Assembly: GCA_037189525.1 (NCBI GenBank) | Contig: JBBCJC010000005.1 | Span: 88,412-152,411, forward strand | DNA: 64,000 bases | Origin: Gemmatimonadales bacterium | Lineage (GTDB): Bacteria; Gemmatimonadota; Gemmatimonadetes; Gemmatimonadales; GWC2-71-9 | Reading direction: 5' to 3' | Shown here: piece after piece, positions 20,520 to 30,877 of the stretch | How positions within the stretch are numbered: the stretch's first letter is position 1 | How the letters are laid out: each line of letters begins with the position of its first letter | The notes under the pieces: model-generated | What the model saw: only the letters and a program-made list of their open reading frames with translations | Database searches by the model: none | What the model was told of the DNA's origin: nothing | Position numbers and translations under genes: made by a program

Positions 20520-20561
20520 ACGACGAGCGGGGCCGGATCGGATCCAGCACCCGCTCGTCGT
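20520..20561 (-). other. GC-rich hairpin immediately 3' of tRNA-Ser(CGA)
   Basis: 12-bp stem acgacgagcggg (20520-20531) / cccgctcgtcgt (20550-20561). No U-tract on either strand. Possible tRNA 3' processing or termination structure. Confidence 0.35.
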
Positions 20562-20573
20562 TATGACATGCTA

Positions 20574-20660
20574 CGGACAGGGAGGGATTCGAACCCTCGA
20601 TACCGTTGCCGGTATACCGGTTTTCGAGACCGGCTCCTTCAGCCACTCGGACACCTGTCC
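20574..20660 (-). tRNA. tRNA-Ser (anticodon CGA)
   Basis: Minus-strand sequence GGACAGGTGTCCGAGTGGCTGAAGGAGCCGGTCTCGAAAACCGGTATACCGGCAACGGTATCGAGGGTTCGAATCCCTCCCTGTCCG. It folds as acceptor GGACAGG/CCTGTCC, anticodon stem CCGGT/ACCGG with loop CTCGAAA, a long variable arm, and T-loop TTCGAAT. No encoded CCA. Confidence 0.9.
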
Positions 20661-20820
20661 TCTAAGTCTACAGCTCCCGACTGCAAACATCGGACCCACC
20701 GGAACCGGGAGCGCGCGGTAAGCTAACAACGGCGTCCCGCATCGCCAAGCGGCGGCGAACGATGCAGCCGCAGACTGCGGCATCGCCTCCAGAGCCGCCC
20801 ATGTCCCTCTAAACGAACTC

Positions 20821-20849
20821 GGGGGACACGGCGGAATGCCGTGCCCCCC
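20821..20849 (-). terminator. Terminator-like hairpin downstream of the minus-strand SusC/SusD pair
   Basis: Stem gggggacacggc (20821-20832) / gccgtgcccccc (20838-20849) with one mismatch. On the minus strand it is followed by gagttcgttt (weak T-run). Confidence 0.4.
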
Positions 20850-20898
20850 GAACTCACCTGCTCACACCATGACGGGCGTTATGAGCCCTGCTCGCTCG

Positions 20899-22275
20899 TC
20901 ACGGGTTACGGTCGAGACATGCCGCGGTCCCGCCGAGGTTGGGGTTGTTCGACTCCTCTTGCGGCAGCGGCATGTTGACGTCGGTTCCGTAGGAACCACC
21001 CGCCTTGTGCCAATCGCCGGTCGGGAAGACGGTGTTCTGCGCCCGGCCGTACTGGCGGACCAAGCGACGCAGGTCGCCCATCCGCTGGCCGCGGGCAAAG
21101 GTCCAGAACGCCTTTTCCCGGAGGATCTGATTCAACCGGGCGTCGGCGGAGCCGGCGTCGTCCAGCGGCGGGAGGTCAATCGTTGCCCGGGCGGCATTGA
21201 GGATGCCGAGGGCTGCACCGGCGTTGCCGGCCTCGAGTTGGGCCTCTGCCTCGATCATACGCCCATCGACACCCTGGAGCAGCGCCACCGAGGCCTCGCG
21301 GGTCGGCCAGAGCAGCTGCAAATGGAGCGGCTGCTGCCCGTCGTCCCGCGCGGCCAGCGTCACACCGGCCTGGGGACAGGGCGCCTGACATACGGGCACC
21401 CGCGGATCGGCCGCGGTCACGAAGTTGATCCCGTTGCCGCCCTCATTGTTCGCGACGCTGTAGCGCCGGGTGAGGATGTTCCAGTTCCAGATATTGTTGT
21501 TGGCCGCGTTGACCGAGTGATTGACGTCGTACGTGTAGTTGGTGGGCACACCGGCCACCGCGGTCGCCGCTTCGCCGGGCCGATCCAGATTGAGGAGGAT
21601 CCGTCCCTTGGTCAGATTGAGCGCGTGACGGACGCGCACATCGCCCGCCGTCGTTCCGGTCACGACCGCCAACCCGTCGTTGACGTGCCCGAGCGCCCGC
21701 TCATACGCCTGCGTCGTGGTGATCTGGTCACCGTAGCGCACCGTACCATCGAGCTCGATGTCACTGAAGATGAGCCCGTTGCAGAACGCCTCGGCCGCCT
21801 GATTGACCAGGAAGCCCTGAACGAAGTGCATCTCACCCGTCTGCCAGGCCGGCGCCGTCGGGAGATACTGCTGCAGCAACCCGACCGCCTGGAAGGCGGA
21901 CTGGCGGGCGCGATGCAAGTTGCGCACGGCCGCCGTCAGGAAGGTATTCGCGGGTAACATCTCGCGCCGATCGAACTGATGACGGTCGACGAAGGTGTCA
22001 CCGTTGATCCACTCGTCCGCGAAGAGGCCGCCCAGGAGGAGCAGGCTCTCGCCGCCGGTCGTAGCCGCGTTGAACCGCGCCAGCGCGCCGATGCGCACCG
22101 CGTTGGCGCCCGCGGGCGACTCTACGGCTCGTGGATCAATGATATCCGGCGATTCGACTTCCAGGAGATCGCCAGCCGAGCACGCCGACAGCGCCAGCGT
22201 ACTCGCCGCGAGGACGGCGGCAAAGCCCGCCATCCGAACACACCGCGGCCGGGTCTGATTCTGAGAGAAATTCAT
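20899..22275 (-). CDS. SusD/RagB-like outer membrane lipoprotein
   Basis: ORF 20899..22284 starts at GTG; ATG 22275 has AGGGTGG upstream. Signal peptide with lipobox TLALSAC. Contains the C-terminal ILREKAFWTFARGQRMGDLRRL pattern typical of SusD-like proteins. Lies 12 nt after the SusC-like stop. Confidence 0.88.
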   Translation of the reverse strand: MNFSQNQTRPRCVRMAGFAAVLAASTLALSACSAGDLLEVESPDIIDPRAVESPAGANAVRIGALARFNAATTGGESLLLLGGLFADEWINGDTFVDRHQFDRREMLPANTFLTAAVRNLHRARQSAFQAVGLLQQYLPTAPAWQTGEMHFVQGFLVNQAAEAFCNGLIFSDIELDGTVRYGDQITTTQAYERALGHVNDGLAVVTGTTAGDVRVRHALNLTKGRILLNLDRPGEAATAVAGVPTNYTYDVNHSVNAANNNIWNWNILTRRYSVANNEGGNGINFVTAADPRVPVCQAPCPQAGVTLAARDDGQQPLHLQLLWPTREASVALLQGVDGRMIEAEAQLEAGNAGAALGILNAARATIDLPPLDDAGSADARLNQILREKAFWTFARGQRMGDLRRLVRQYGRAQNTVFPTGDWHKAGGSYGTDVNMPLPQEESNNPNLGGTAACLDRNP

Positions 22276-22287
22276 GTCATCCACCCT

Positions 22288-25200
22288 TTACAGGCCGAGC
22301 GTGAGACGGAAGGTGAAGTAGGTCGGCGGCGCAAAGGACTGGAATTCCGACGGGTTGTTCCCCGTGGTTGCCAGGGCCTCGGGGTCGACCCCCGTGTACT
22401 CCGTCCACAGAATGCCGAGGTTCCGCGCGGCGAGCGACACCATGAGACTGCGGGCGCCGATGGCCGACGCCAACCGGTCTGATCCGCGGTACGACAGCGA
22501 CACCTCACGCAACCGGATGAAGTCAGCCTTCTCCATGAAACCACCGCCGCCGATGGCCGTGCCGTGCTGTCGGACGGCCACCACGCGGGCCTGCTCGAAC
22601 AACGGCGCCGTCGGGTCGATCAGCCCGCGGCAGTTGTTGCGGCTCTGGCACCGGATCCGCTCGGTGTTGTTGTAGTTGAGGTGCCCGCCCTTATAGTCGA
22701 ACTGGCCCGTCAACCGGACCTTCCGGTTGAAGAAATCGAACCCGTTGGTCACCACGAACTCGCGGGTCGGCTGCGACGGACCGAGGTATTCGGGTTCGGT
22801 GCCGACGAAGACCTCGTTCAGGTCCGGGTTGGCGCTGTAGCTGAGGATGCCGTTCCCGTCCTTGTCCTCCCAGCCCAGCAACCGGTGATTCCACCAGCCG
22901 AAGAGCGGATAACCTTCGACGTTGCGGGAGGTGGCGCCGGCGCCCGGCGGCACGCCGCCCAGGCTGACCAGTTCGTTCTGGTTGAGCGAGCCGCTCACGG
23001 CCAGATCCCATCCGAAGGCCCGGGCATCCAGGATCTGCCCCTGCACCATCAACTCCCAGCCCCAGTTGCGCACCTCGCCCAGGTTTTCGAACCGGGACGT
23101 GGCGCCCGTGCCGAGCGACGGCGGCAGCACCCGGCTGATGAGGGCGTCCTTGGACCGCTTGTTGTACCAGGTGACTTCGGCAATGACCCGGTTGCTGAAG
23201 AAGGTGCCGTCGAGCCCGACCTCGACCTCCGAGGAGCGTTCCGGCTTGAGGTCGCGATTGCCGAGCGCACTGTAGACCAGACCCGGCTCTTCACCGGATT
23301 CGCCCACGTTGGTGGTCGGCGAGTAGAACTGCACGGCCGCCGTGGTGCTCGGCTGCACACCCGACGCGCCGTATGCCGCGCGGAGCCGGAGCTGGTTCAC
23401 CGCGCTGCCCCGCGGGAAGAAGCCCTCCTCCGACACGACCCACGATGCCGACAGCTTCGGATAGAACACGGTCTTGAAGTCGGCGCCGAAGGCGCTGTTC
23501 CGATCCGAGCGCACCGCGCCGGTCAGGAAGAAGCGGTCGCCGAACGCAAGGTGCTGCTCGACGTAGGCGCCGATGGTCCGGGTTTCACTGTTCGACTCGT
23601 CGGAGGACAGGATCGCCGCCGACGTCACCGTGGTGGCTCCGGGAGGAAGCTCCGACCCCGAGGCGCCGTTCCGGTCGAAGGTATTGCGGTTGTACTGCAC
23701 ACCGACCGTCGTCTTGGACTCGATGGACGAGGTCACCAGCCGGGTGGCCGAGACCGCCGCATCGAGGGTGTGGGCGAACATGTTGGTGCGGTTGTCCCGC
23801 TTGAAACCGAGCGCGTCGGTTCCGGACACGGGGCACTCCGAGAAGCGGCAGAGCTGCGTTTCCTTGCGGCCGACGTAGTCGATGCCGTAGGTCGCGCGGC
23901 CGCTCAGCCACGACCGGGGCCGCCATTGGAACGTGGCAGAACCGACGAAGCGGTTGACGTCCTGATCGGTGGTGGTGCGATAGATCTCGCGCGGCGTGAC
24001 GGTGCGATACCCGTACAGCGTATCGCCCGCCGCATTGAGCATGTACTTGTAGCCGTGACCGCCGTAGGTATTGGTGGCCAACCCCGGCACGCCGGAGTCA
24101 TCGCTCCGGGTCAGGCGCACCTCCTGCTGCGTATAGCCGAGGCTCACCGCAATGTCGGCAGACGAACTCAGCGCCACGTCGAGGTTGGATCGGACGGAAT
24201 ACCGCTTGAGCGCGTTCGGGTTCTCCTGCTCGGGACGAAGCGCAATGCCGCGGGCCGAGAGCCAGCGCTTGTCGAACTCGGGGATCTTCGTCACCCCATC
24301 CTCGGTCTCGAACTCGCCGTGCACGAAATAGCGGACCGCATCCGAGCCGCCGCGAATCTGGAGGCCGTGCTGCTGGCGGTATCCGGTTCCGTACGGGGTG
24401 GCATCGGGATCTTCGTGGAGATTGTAGACGGTGACGCTGTCCTGCGTGCAAGCCCTCGAGACCACCTGCGTGAGAATACACTGGGTGAAGTTGGTCAGTC
24501 GGGAGGCGGCCGTCCAACCCCAGTAGGCATCCGGATACTTGTTGCGATCGGTGAGCGCCGTCTGCTCGGTGTAGTAGGTCCACTGCGAGCGGCCCGCGAC
24601 ACCACGCTTCGTCCGGATCACGATCACGCCGTTGGCGGCGTCCGTTCCGTACAGCGTGGCGGCCGACGGACCGCGGACCACTTCGATCGACTCGATCTCT
24701 TCCGGGTTGATGTCGTTCATGCGCGACACGGTCGTGCCGCCGACACCGATCGACGACGAGCCCGTCGTTCCTTCGACCCGGACGCCGTCGATCACAAAGA
24801 TCGGGTTATTGCTGAGCGACATCGAGCTGTTGCCGCGGATCCGGATCCGGCCGCCGCCGCCCGTCTGGATCGGCGGCGTCACGTACACGCCGGCGGCCCG
24901 GGAGGTCAGCATGTCGGTCATGTTGGAGATCGATTGCGTCTCCAGAACCTCGGCCGCTTTGACCGTGGCAATCGAGTTACCGACCTCGATGCGGCGCTGC
25001 TCACCGGTGGCGGTCACGACGAGGGGCGTCAACTCCATTGCCCGCGCCTGCATCTGCGCATCGACCGTGACCCGCTGTCCCGCCACGACCGTGACTTCGC
25101 GCGAGATCTCGGCGTACCCGATGCTCAGGATGCGCAACGTGAACGTTCCCGCGGTCACACTGGCGATGGTATAGGCCCCGCTGCTGTTGGTGACGGCACT

Positions 25201-25371
25201 GACGTTGGTACCGACCACGCTGACCTGCGCCGCCGCGATGGGCCGCTGCGTCAGCGCGTCGACGACAGTACCCGATATCGAGCCTGTCGCCTGCGCATGC
25301 ACCGGCCCCGCGAGCAAGGCAGCAGCGAGCAGCCCCAATACCGGCGCACATGGGTTCTTTCGACTCACCAT
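22288..25371 (-). CDS. TonB-dependent receptor, SusC/RagA-like
   Basis: ORF 22288..25830 trimmed to ATG 25371 (MVSRKNPCAPVLGLLAAALLAGPVHAQ, a signal peptide). CarboxypepD_reg domain (ISGTVVDALTQRPIAAAQVSVVGT...SGAYTIASVTAGTFTL), plug (IEVVRGPSAATLYGTDAANGVIVIRTKRG), ~1027 aa, followed by a SusD-like gene. Confidence 0.9.
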   Translation of the reverse strand: MVSRKNPCAPVLGLLAAALLAGPVHAQATGSISGTVVDALTQRPIAAAQVSVVGTNVSAVTNSSGAYTIASVTAGTFTLRILSIGYAEISREVTVVAGQRVTVDAQMQARAMELTPLVVTATGEQRRIEVGNSIATVKAAEVLETQSISNMTDMLTSRAAGVYVTPPIQTGGGGRIRIRGNSSMSLSNNPIFVIDGVRVEGTTGSSSIGVGGTTVSRMNDINPEEIESIEVVRGPSAATLYGTDAANGVIVIRTKRGVAGRSQWTYYTEQTALTDRNKYPDAYWGWTAASRLTNFTQCILTQVVSRACTQDSVTVYNLHEDPDATPYGTGYRQQHGLQIRGGSDAVRYFVHGEFETEDGVTKIPEFDKRWLSARGIALRPEQENPNALKRYSVRSNLDVALSSSADIAVSLGYTQQEVRLTRSDDSGVPGLATNTYGGHGYKYMLNAAGDTLYGYRTVTPREIYRTTTDQDVNRFVGSATFQWRPRSWLSGRATYGIDYVGRKETQLCRFSECPVSGTDALGFKRDNRTNMFAHTLDAAVSATRLVTSSIESKTTVGVQYNRNTFDRNGASGSELPPGATTVTSAAILSSDESNSETRTIGAYVEQHLAFGDRFFLTGAVRSDRNSAFGADFKTVFYPKLSASWVVSEEGFFPRGSAVNQLRLRAAYGASGVQPSTTAAVQFYSPTTNVGESGEEPGLVYSALGNRDLKPERSSEVEVGLDGTFFSNRVIAEVTWYNKRSKDALISRVLPPSLGTGATSRFENLGEVRNWGWELMVQGQILDARAFGWDLAVSGSLNQNELVSLGGVPPGAGATSRNVEGYPLFGWWNHRLLGWEDKDGNGILSYSANPDLNEVFVGTEPEYLGPSQPTREFVVTNGFDFFNRKVRLTGQFDYKGGHLNYNNTERIRCQSRNNCRGLIDPTAPLFEQARVVAVRQHGTAIGGGGFMEKADFIRLREVSLSYRGSDRLASAIGARSLMVSLAARNLGILWTEYTGVDPEALATTGNNPSEFQSFAPPTYFTFRLTLGL

Positions 25372-25540
25372 GAAGTACCTCGACAATTGTGGTAGGGAAG
25401 GCCCCGTTCGGAACCTGGCGGCACCCGACGGTGTCTGGCGCGCAGAGACGCCTATGGCAAGGTGAGGCATGAGGCGTGAGCCGTCAAGGTGCGCGGGCCA
25501 GCTTCTTGTCTGGCCCGCCCCGCCCGCTGTTGCGAGGCCG

Positions 25541-26884
25541 CTACGTTGCGACCGGCAGGCGCCGCTTGACCTCGAGATTGAGGAGCCAGAGAGCAAAGAT
25601 GGCGTGCACGGTCGTGGCCACCACAGAGACCCGCCAGGTCCAGTGCAGCTGGAAGCCCGGCAGCCGCGAAACCCAGATCGCCGGCCCGACGAAGACCACC
25701 AGACGGACCGTGCTGCTGATGATCGACGGCAAGGTGTTCCCCATGGCCTGGAACAGCCCGGAACAGGTAAAAACCAGCCCGGATGCCACGAAATTCCACG
25801 AAATCGTGCGCAAAAAATCAGTAGCGACAATGACTACCGCTTCGTCACCCGCAAATGGACGTACCAGCCATTCCGGACGCCAGTGCGCAAAAAGTGTCAT
25901 CGTCACCATCACCGCCGACCCGATCCGGGCCGCCGCCCAGAACGTCTCACGCACCCGCTGGTAATTCCGCGCCGCCACATTCTGCCCGGCCACCGGCGCC
26001 GCGGCAAACGCCACCGCCATGGCGGGGAGGAAAATCGCCTGCATCACGCGGGAGCCGACGCCGTAGCCCGCCTGCGCGGCCGATCCGAAATCCCGAATAA
26101 TCCAGTAGACTACCGCCATCGACAGAAACATCAGGGCAAACTCGCCCCCGGCGGGCACCCCGATCCGGAACAACCGTTTCCAGGTGGCCAGGTCGGGACG
26201 AATCAAGGCGGAGTCATAGCCGACGAAACGGTCGAACCGGCGGAAGTAGGCGTACAGAACGAAGACGCCGATTGCTACGGAAATGGTGCTGGCCAGCGCC
26301 GCCCCGGCCACGCCCAGCGGCCGCCCGGTGCCCCACCCCGCAATCAGGATCGGCGCCAGCAGCGCATTGAGGAGCACCGTGAACATCTGCAGCACCATGG
26401 TCGGCTTGGTGATGCCGTGCCCTCGCAGCGCCGACCCCATCGAGACCAGCGCAAACTGCAGAGCTAGCGCCGGCAGGAACCAGTAGAGATAGGTCACTCC
26501 GGCTGTGATGGTTGCCGCATCGGCGGCCACGAACTCGAGATACGGACGCGCCAGGAACGCCCCCGCACCCAGCACCAGCATACCGGCGCCGGCGGCGAGG
26601 ACCAGACTCTGATTGAAGACCAGATTGGCGTCGTGACGGTCTTTGCGTCCGGCCGCGTGCGCAATCAAAACCATGGTGCCGATCCCGAGCACCTGGGTCA
26701 GCGCCATCACGATGAACTGGACGTTCCCCGCGGCGCTGACGCCGGCAATTGCCGCTTCCCCCAGCCGCGCAACGAAGTAGAGGTCGACCATCAGATAGAG
26801 CGTTTGAAATACCATTCCGATGGCGAGCGGAATCGCCAGGCGGACGATATGCTTGGGGATAGAACCGACGGTAAGATCGTGCAC
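25541..26884 (-). CDS. MATE family efflux transporter
   Basis: 447 aa with a GTG start. N-terminus IPKHIVRLAIPLAIGMVFQTLYLMVDLYFVARLG is typical of NorM/DinF-type MATE proteins. 12-TM-like hydrophobic profile. Confidence 0.92.
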   Translation of the reverse strand: MHDLTVGSIPKHIVRLAIPLAIGMVFQTLYLMVDLYFVARLGEAAIAGVSAAGNVQFIVMALTQVLGIGTMVLIAHAAGRKDRHDANLVFNQSLVLAAGAGMLVLGAGAFLARPYLEFVAADAATITAGVTYLYWFLPALALQFALVSMGSALRGHGITKPTMVLQMFTVLLNALLAPILIAGWGTGRPLGVAGAALASTISVAIGVFVLYAYFRRFDRFVGYDSALIRPDLATWKRLFRIGVPAGGEFALMFLSMAVVYWIIRDFGSAAQAGYGVGSRVMQAIFLPAMAVAFAAAPVAGQNVAARNYQRVRETFWAAARIGSAVMVTMTLFAHWRPEWLVRPFAGDEAVVIVATDFLRTISWNFVASGLVFTCSGLFQAMGNTLPSIISSTVRLVVFVGPAIWVSRLPGFQLHWTWRVSVVATTVHAIFALWLLNLEVKRRLPVAT

Positions 26885-26935
26885 GAGGTCTGGTCGAGGT
26901 TGATGAACGAGAACGGGAATCGAGTATGAAGGCCG

Positions 26936-27559
<624 letters not shown>

Positions 27560-27592
27560 TTACACTCCCAGATGAGCATCGTTCTCACATGG

Positions 27593-27614
27593 GAATAATT
27601 CTCATTTATTATCA
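27593..27614 (+). promoter_or_regulatory. Fur-box-like operator in an AT-rich promoter region
   Basis: gaataattctcatttattatca contains a perfect ATTATCA half-site and a GAATAAT half-site. The match to GATAATGATAATCATTATC is approximate and needs one indel. It sits 17 nt upstream of the siderophore-receptor ATG, in the most AT-rich intergenic stretch of the window. Confidence 0.4.
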
Positions 27615-27630
27615 TCGAGGCATCTCACTC

Positions 27631-30057
27631 ATGAAGAAGCCGAAGAAGAAGCGGTCAGCCGATCACCCAGGCGACCGTCTGACCGACCCTGCCCCCGTTC
27701 CGGCGGACCAACCCGCCACCCGATTGGCCCTCCCCGGCAAACTGGCCCTGGCTGGCAGCCTGCTAACCGGCGCGTTCTTCGGATGGCTGACCCCCGACAT
27801 CGCGGAAGCCCAGGTTCCCACCGATCCCGAATCGACTCGCCAGACCGTCCGACAGTTCGACATTGCCCCCGGCACCCTTCGGACCGTCCTGGAACAGTTC
27901 CAGGCTCAGACCCGGATTCGCACCATTCCCCCGGCCGGGATCTCACTCGATGCTCCATCACCCGGCCTGACCGGTGCCTTTACACCGGAAGCCGCGTTGC
28001 GACAGATCCTCACGGGGACCTATCTGACCTTCCGGTTCGAAGGGCCCACGCTCGTTCGCCTCGTGCGCGCGGCGCCCGATGCGGATACCCCGGTCCGCCT
28101 GGCCGAGGTAACCGTCGCCGCGGCTCCGGTGCCCGCGCCAAGTTCGCCGAAACTCAACGGACCGCTGCGGGACACGCCCCAGACGATCACCATCGTCTCG
28201 TCGAAGCTGATCGAGCAGCAGGGCGCGGTGACCCTGCGCCAGGTCCTCCGCAACGTACCCGGCGTGACCATCAACGCCGGTGAAGGAGGCGCCACTCCCG
28301 GCGACAATTTCAACGTGCGTGGCTTCAGCGCCCGCGGCGACATGTTCGTCGACGGCGTCCGGGATCTCGCCGGATTCAGTCGCGAGTCGTTCAACATCGA
28401 ACAGGTCGAGGTGGTCAAAGGACCGGCGTCGACCTACAGCGGACGGGGCTCGACCGGCGGCTCGATCAACACCGTGAGCAAAACGCCCAAGGCCAGCACC
28501 CTGCGGCAGATCCAGGCCGGGATCGGCAGCGCAGACTATCAACGGGTCACCGCCGACCTCAATCAGCCGCTGGGCAACGGCGCCGCCGTCCGGGTCAACG
28601 CGCTCTATCACGATGCGGATATACCGGCCGTGGATGTCGTCACCAGCCGCAACTGGGGCATCGCGCCGTCCGTCGCCATCGGCCTGGGTTCCCGAACCCC
28701 GGTGAGCGTCAGCTACGCACATCTCGATATCAAGGGGATTCCCGGCTACGGGATTCAGACCTTCGACAGCGTGCCGCAGCAGTTCGATACCCACAAGTTC
28801 GTCGGCCTGCTCGCCCGGGATCACGAGTACGTGAAGACCGACCAGGCCACTGCCCGAATCGAGCACCACATCTCACCGAGCCTCCGGGTCAGCAACCAGT
28901 TGGGCTATTCCAAAGCCAGCGTCGACCGGGTCATCACCTTTGCCGGATTCAACGGCGCGCGTTCGTCACGCTCGCACGTCACGTCCGATGAAGCCCTGGC
29001 CAACCAGACCAACCTGACCGCCGAGTTCGGCACCAGACAGGTGGGACACCGGCTCTCGGTGGGAGTCGATTATACCCGGGAGGAAGGCACCTTTACCAAC
29101 TGGGCGCTCTCGGCCCCGCCGGCCATCACCAACCTTGCCAATCCCAACCCGAACGATCCGGTCACCGGAACGCCGACGCTCAATCCGGCGCGGCGAACCG
29201 TGGGCAAGACCCTCGCCGTCTATGCCTTCGAAACACTGCGGCTGGGCGACAAGATCGAACTGAGCGGTGGACTCCGCTGGGACGACTTCAGCCCCGAATT
29301 CTACCCGGCGTCGAACGCCACCACGATCCCCGACCCGCCGGCCCAGGCATCGGTGCTCAACTGGCGCGCAGGAGCCGTCTTCAAACCGCGGCCGAACGGC
29401 AGCATTTACGCGGCCTATTCGACCTCGTTCAATCCGTCGCTCCAGACGATCCAGTACGAGGGCACCAGCACGCTCGATCCGGAGCGCAACCGCAGTCTCG
29501 AAGTTGGTACCAAATGGGACGTCGCGGACGGCCGGCTGGCCCTGTCCGCCGCGATCTTCCGCACCGACAAAACCAACGCGCGCACCTCGGATCCAAACGA
29601 TCCGGCGCTTGGTACGGTACTCGAAGGAGAACAACGGGTTCAGGGTTTCGAGCTGGGCGCCACCGGGTATCTGACCCCGGCCTGGAGCCTGTTCTTCGGC
29701 TACAGCTATATGGATAGCGAGATCCTCAAATCCCGTAACGCGTCCCAAGTGGGCTCCGGGATGCCGAACGTACCGAAGCACAGCCTCTCGGCCTGGACCA
29801 GCTACGCCGTCGACCAGCGTCTCGATGTCGCGCTGGGCGCCCGCTTCGTCGACGATCGTCTCCTGTCGCTCGGGCGCACCACCATGGTGCCGAAGTACTG
29901 GGCATTCGATGCGACGGGCAGCTACCGCATCCTCAAGGAGCTCGCGCTCAAGATCGAAGTGCACAACCTGACGGACGAACTGTACTACGAAAGCGGGCGA
30001 TTCTGGACACCCGCGCCTGGTCGGTCGGTCCGCATGTCGACCCTGATTTCCTTCTGA
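27631..30057 (+). CDS. TonB-dependent siderophore receptor with N-terminal STN signalling domain (FecA/FpvA-type transducer)
   Basis: ORF 27589..30057 trimmed to ATG 27631 (MKKPKKKR...). STN pattern [23 protein letters not shown]...[24 protein letters not shown], plug ([26 protein letters not shown]), and a barrel ending MSTLISF. Confidence 0.92.
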   Translation: MKKPKKKRSADHPGDRLTDPAPVPADQPATRLALPGKLALAGSLLTGAFFGWLTPDIAEAQVPTDPESTRQTVRQFDIAPGTLRTVLEQFQAQTRIRTIPPAGISLDAPSPGLTGAFTPEAALRQILTGTYLTFRFEGPTLVRLVRAAPDADTPVRLAEVTVAAAPVPAPSSPKLNGPLRDTPQTITIVSSKLIEQQGAVTLRQVLRNVPGVTINAGEGGATPGDNFNVRGFSARGDMFVDGVRDLAGFSRESFNIEQVEVVKGPASTYSGRGSTGGSINTVSKTPKASTLRQIQAGIGSADYQRVTADLNQPLGNGAAVRVNALYHDADIPAVDVVTSRNWGIAPSVAIGLGSRTPVSVSYAHLDIKGIPGYGIQTFDSVPQQFDTHKFVGLLARDHEYVKTDQATARIEHHISPSLRVSNQLGYSKASVDRVITFAGFNGARSSRSHVTSDEALANQTNLTAEFGTRQVGHRLSVGVDYTREEGTFTNWALSAPPAITNLANPNPNDPVTGTPTLNPARRTVGKTLAVYAFETLRLGDKIELSGGLRWDDFSPEFYPASNATTIPDPPAQASVLNWRAGAVFKPRPNGSIYAAYSTSFNPSLQTIQYEGTSTLDPERNRSLEVGTKWDVADGRLALSAAIFRTDKTNARTSDPNDPALGTVLEGEQRVQGFELGATGYLTPAWSLFFGYSYMDSEILKSRNASQVGSGMPNVPKHSLSAWTSYAVDQRLDVALGARFVDDRLLSLGRTTMVPKYWAFDATGSYRILKELALKIEVHNLTDELYYESGRFWTPAPGRSVRMSTLISF

Positions 30058-30067
30058 CACCTCAACG

Positions 30068-30094
30068 GGCCGTCCGCGCACCTTGCGGACGGCC
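30068..30094 (+). terminator. Hairpin between the receptor gene and piuC (terminator or attenuator candidate)
   Basis: 10-bp perfect stem ggccgtccgc (30068-30077) / gcggacggcc (30085-30094) with loop gcacctt. No clear U-run follows. Confidence 0.4.
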
Positions 30095-30122
30095 GCACTT
30101 GCCCTACGAAACGAGTCCATCG

Positions 30123-30803
30123 ATGCTGTTCCATATCCCGGAGGTGCTGACGGCGGCGCAGGTTGCTGAGGTGCGCGCCCAACTCGACCAGGCCGTCTGG
30201 GTCGACGGTAAGGTCACGGCCGGTCACCAGTCCGCCCAGGCCAAGCACAACGAACAGGTGCCGGAAGATCATCCGGTCGCCCGCCAGCTGGGCGATCTGA
30301 TCCTCCAGGCCCTGCAGCACCATCCGACCTTCATTGCCGCGGCGCTGCCGCTCAAGGTCTTCCCGCCGCTGTTCAACCGGTACCAGGGCGGACAAGCCTT
30401 CGGCACACACGTCGACAATGCCATCCGCCAGGTTGTCGGTACTCCGTTCCGGATTCGGACCGATCTGTCGGCCACCCTCTTTCTGAGCGCCCCCGACGAA
30501 TACGACGGCGGTGAGCTCGCCATCGAGGACACCTACGGGGTCCACAGCGTCAAGCTGCCGGCCGGCCATCTGGTGCTCTACCCTTCGACCAGCCTTCACC
30601 ATGTCCGACCCGTGACCCGCGGCGCCCGGGTCGCGTCGTTCTTCTGGCTCCAGAGCATGGTGCGCGACGACGGCCAACGGGCGCTCCTCTGGGACCTCGA
30701 CACCGCCATCCAACACATCGGTCGAGATGTCCCCGACCACCCGGCCACGGTACAGTTGACGGGCGTATATCACAACCTGATCCGCCGCTGGGCCGACGCC
30801 TAA
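30123..30803 (+). CDS. piuC: Fe(II)/2-oxoglutarate-dependent PKHD-type hydroxylase (PiuC/YbiX family)
   Basis: ORF 30099..30803 trimmed to ATG 30123. [46 protein letters not shown] is collinear with E. coli YbiX. HVD...H iron-binding triad context (GTHVDNAIR). Confidence 0.9.
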   Translation: MLFHIPEVLTAAQVAEVRAQLDQAVWVDGKVTAGHQSAQAKHNEQVPEDHPVARQLGDLILQALQHHPTFIAAALPLKVFPPLFNRYQGGQAFGTHVDNAIRQVVGTPFRIRTDLSATLFLSAPDEYDGGELAIEDTYGVHSVKLPAGHLVLYPSTSLHHVRPVTRGARVASFFWLQSMVRDDGQRALLWDLDTAIQHIGRDVPDHPATVQLTGVYHNLIRRWADA

Positions 30804-30822
30804 CGTCCCTCCCCAAACGACG

Positions 30823-30855
30823 ATGTCCCGCAACGCACCGAGCGCTGCGGGACAT
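30823..30855. terminator. Bidirectional terminator-like hairpin between convergent piuC and clpB
   Basis: 10-bp perfect stem atgtcccgca (30823-30832) / tgcgggacat (30846-30855) with a 13-nt loop. Confidence 0.5.
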
Positions 30856-30877
30856 GGTCATGAACCGGCAAAGAGAA

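Noticed and set aside
22564-25395. 943-aa plus-strand ORF. Similar very long ORFs are 17105-19405 (minus), 30854-33361 (plus), 34186-36774 (plus), 10923-12740 (plus), 41194-42930 (plus) and 55162-56382 (plus).
   Set aside because: Each lies antisense to a gene with unmistakable family motifs (SusC-like receptors, ClpB, ABC importer, TopA, PtsI, ArgS). Their translations are Arg/Gly/Pro/Ala-rich low-information sequence, typical of stop-codon-poor antisense frames in high-G+C DNA.
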